NCBI RefSeq assembly: GCF_000007185.1
Contig: NC_003551.1
Span: 600,001 to 632,000 of the forward strand
DNA from: Methanopyrus kandleri AV19
Lineage (GTDB): Archaea > JAADCQ01 > Methanopyri > Methanopyrales > Methanopyraceae
Direction of reading: 5' to 3'
Length of the DNA: 32,000 bases
Positions 31,691-32,000 of this stretch are shown piece after piece. The notes under the pieces were generated by a model that saw nothing but the letters and a program-made list of their open reading frames with translations, searched no databases and had not been told where the DNA came from. Made by a program: the position numbers and the translations under genes. The stretch's first letter is position 1, and every line of letters begins with the position of its first letter.

Positions 31691-32000
31691 GTGGCAGGAG
31701 ACAACGAAGCGACCGAAGTCGACAAGCGCGATATCGCCCTACTCCGCGCCTTAGAGGGCCTGAGCAGGGCCTTCGAGTGGGTTCCCGAGGACAAGCTGCT
31801 GGAACGGTTGCCGATGGATTACTCGGAGCTGGCAACCCGGCTGGAGAAGCTGGATTCCCTGGGGCTGATCGATTACCGGTACATACCGACGTACCAGACC
31901 TACGCCGCCAGGATGAAGGAGCGGGCCTACGACACCCTCGCTCTGTGGGACATGAAGAAGCACGACGTCTACGAGCGGCTCGGAACGATCATAGGCGAGG
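31691..32000 (+). CDS. rio2: RIO-type serine/threonine protein kinase Rio2, N-terminal winged-helix part (partial, continues beyond window)
   Basis: Absent from the ORF track because it has no stop in the window. GTG 31691 follows GGGTGA. VAGDNEATEVDKRDIALLRALEGLSRAFEWVPEDKLLERLPMDYSELATRLEKLDSLGLIDYRY...YAARMKERAYDTLALWDMKKHDVYERLGTIIGE matches the Rio2 wHTH plus the start of the kinase domain. Confidence 0.8.
   Translation, partial: MAGDNEATEVDKRDIALLRALEGLSRAFEWVPEDKLLERLPMDYSELATRLEKLDSLGLIDYRYIPTYQTYAARMKERAYDTLALWDMKKHDVYERLGTIIGE

Noticed and set aside
1-32000. Looked for CRISPR arrays, tRNA/rRNA genes and IS/transposase genes
   Set aside because: I saw no regularly spaced 25-40 nt repeats, no tRNA-like T-arm/anticodon architecture in the intergenic regions, no rRNA-like conserved blocks, and no transposase or integrase ORF.

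Overview
GC-rich archaeal sequence whose gene content reads as a hyperthermophilic methanogen. From memory it most resembles Methanopyrus kandleri: very acidic proteins, mcr running straight into mtr, and selenocysteine machinery. Core (9.6-21.3 kb): mmp10-orf374-hypF on the minus strand, divergent from mcrBDCGA, which is followed directly by mtrEDCBAGH with no mtrF. Left flank: an apparently frameshifted secreted repeat protein, rpl40e (below the ORF-track cutoff), GGGP synthase, a PH-domain membrane protein and a Dph6-like PP-loop ATPase. Next comes a ~3 kb islet of orphans: a 350-aa hyper-acidic protein, a 322-bp AT-rich repeat island between convergent genes, a class-III-signal-peptide pilin-like ORF, a ~350-bp palindrome-rich non-coding spacer and an Arg-rich basic ORF. 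Right flank: a CobN-type chelatase encoded as two halves transcribed divergently from a 45-bp spacer, with an A7 tract that appears to shift the C-terminal frame into antisense mtrH. After it lie a tight ASKHA-like / UPF0305-like / short-MetE gene string, a small HTH ORF, a PAP2 phosphatase, a half-size EamA protein, an 81-aa ORF and SepSecS. The window ends with a PUA-like ORF separated by one in-frame TGA from an m5C RNA methyltransferase, and the 5' end of a Rio2 kinase. I recognised no rRNA, tRNA, CRISPR array or IS element. All family assignments rest on motif recognition by eye. No searches were run.
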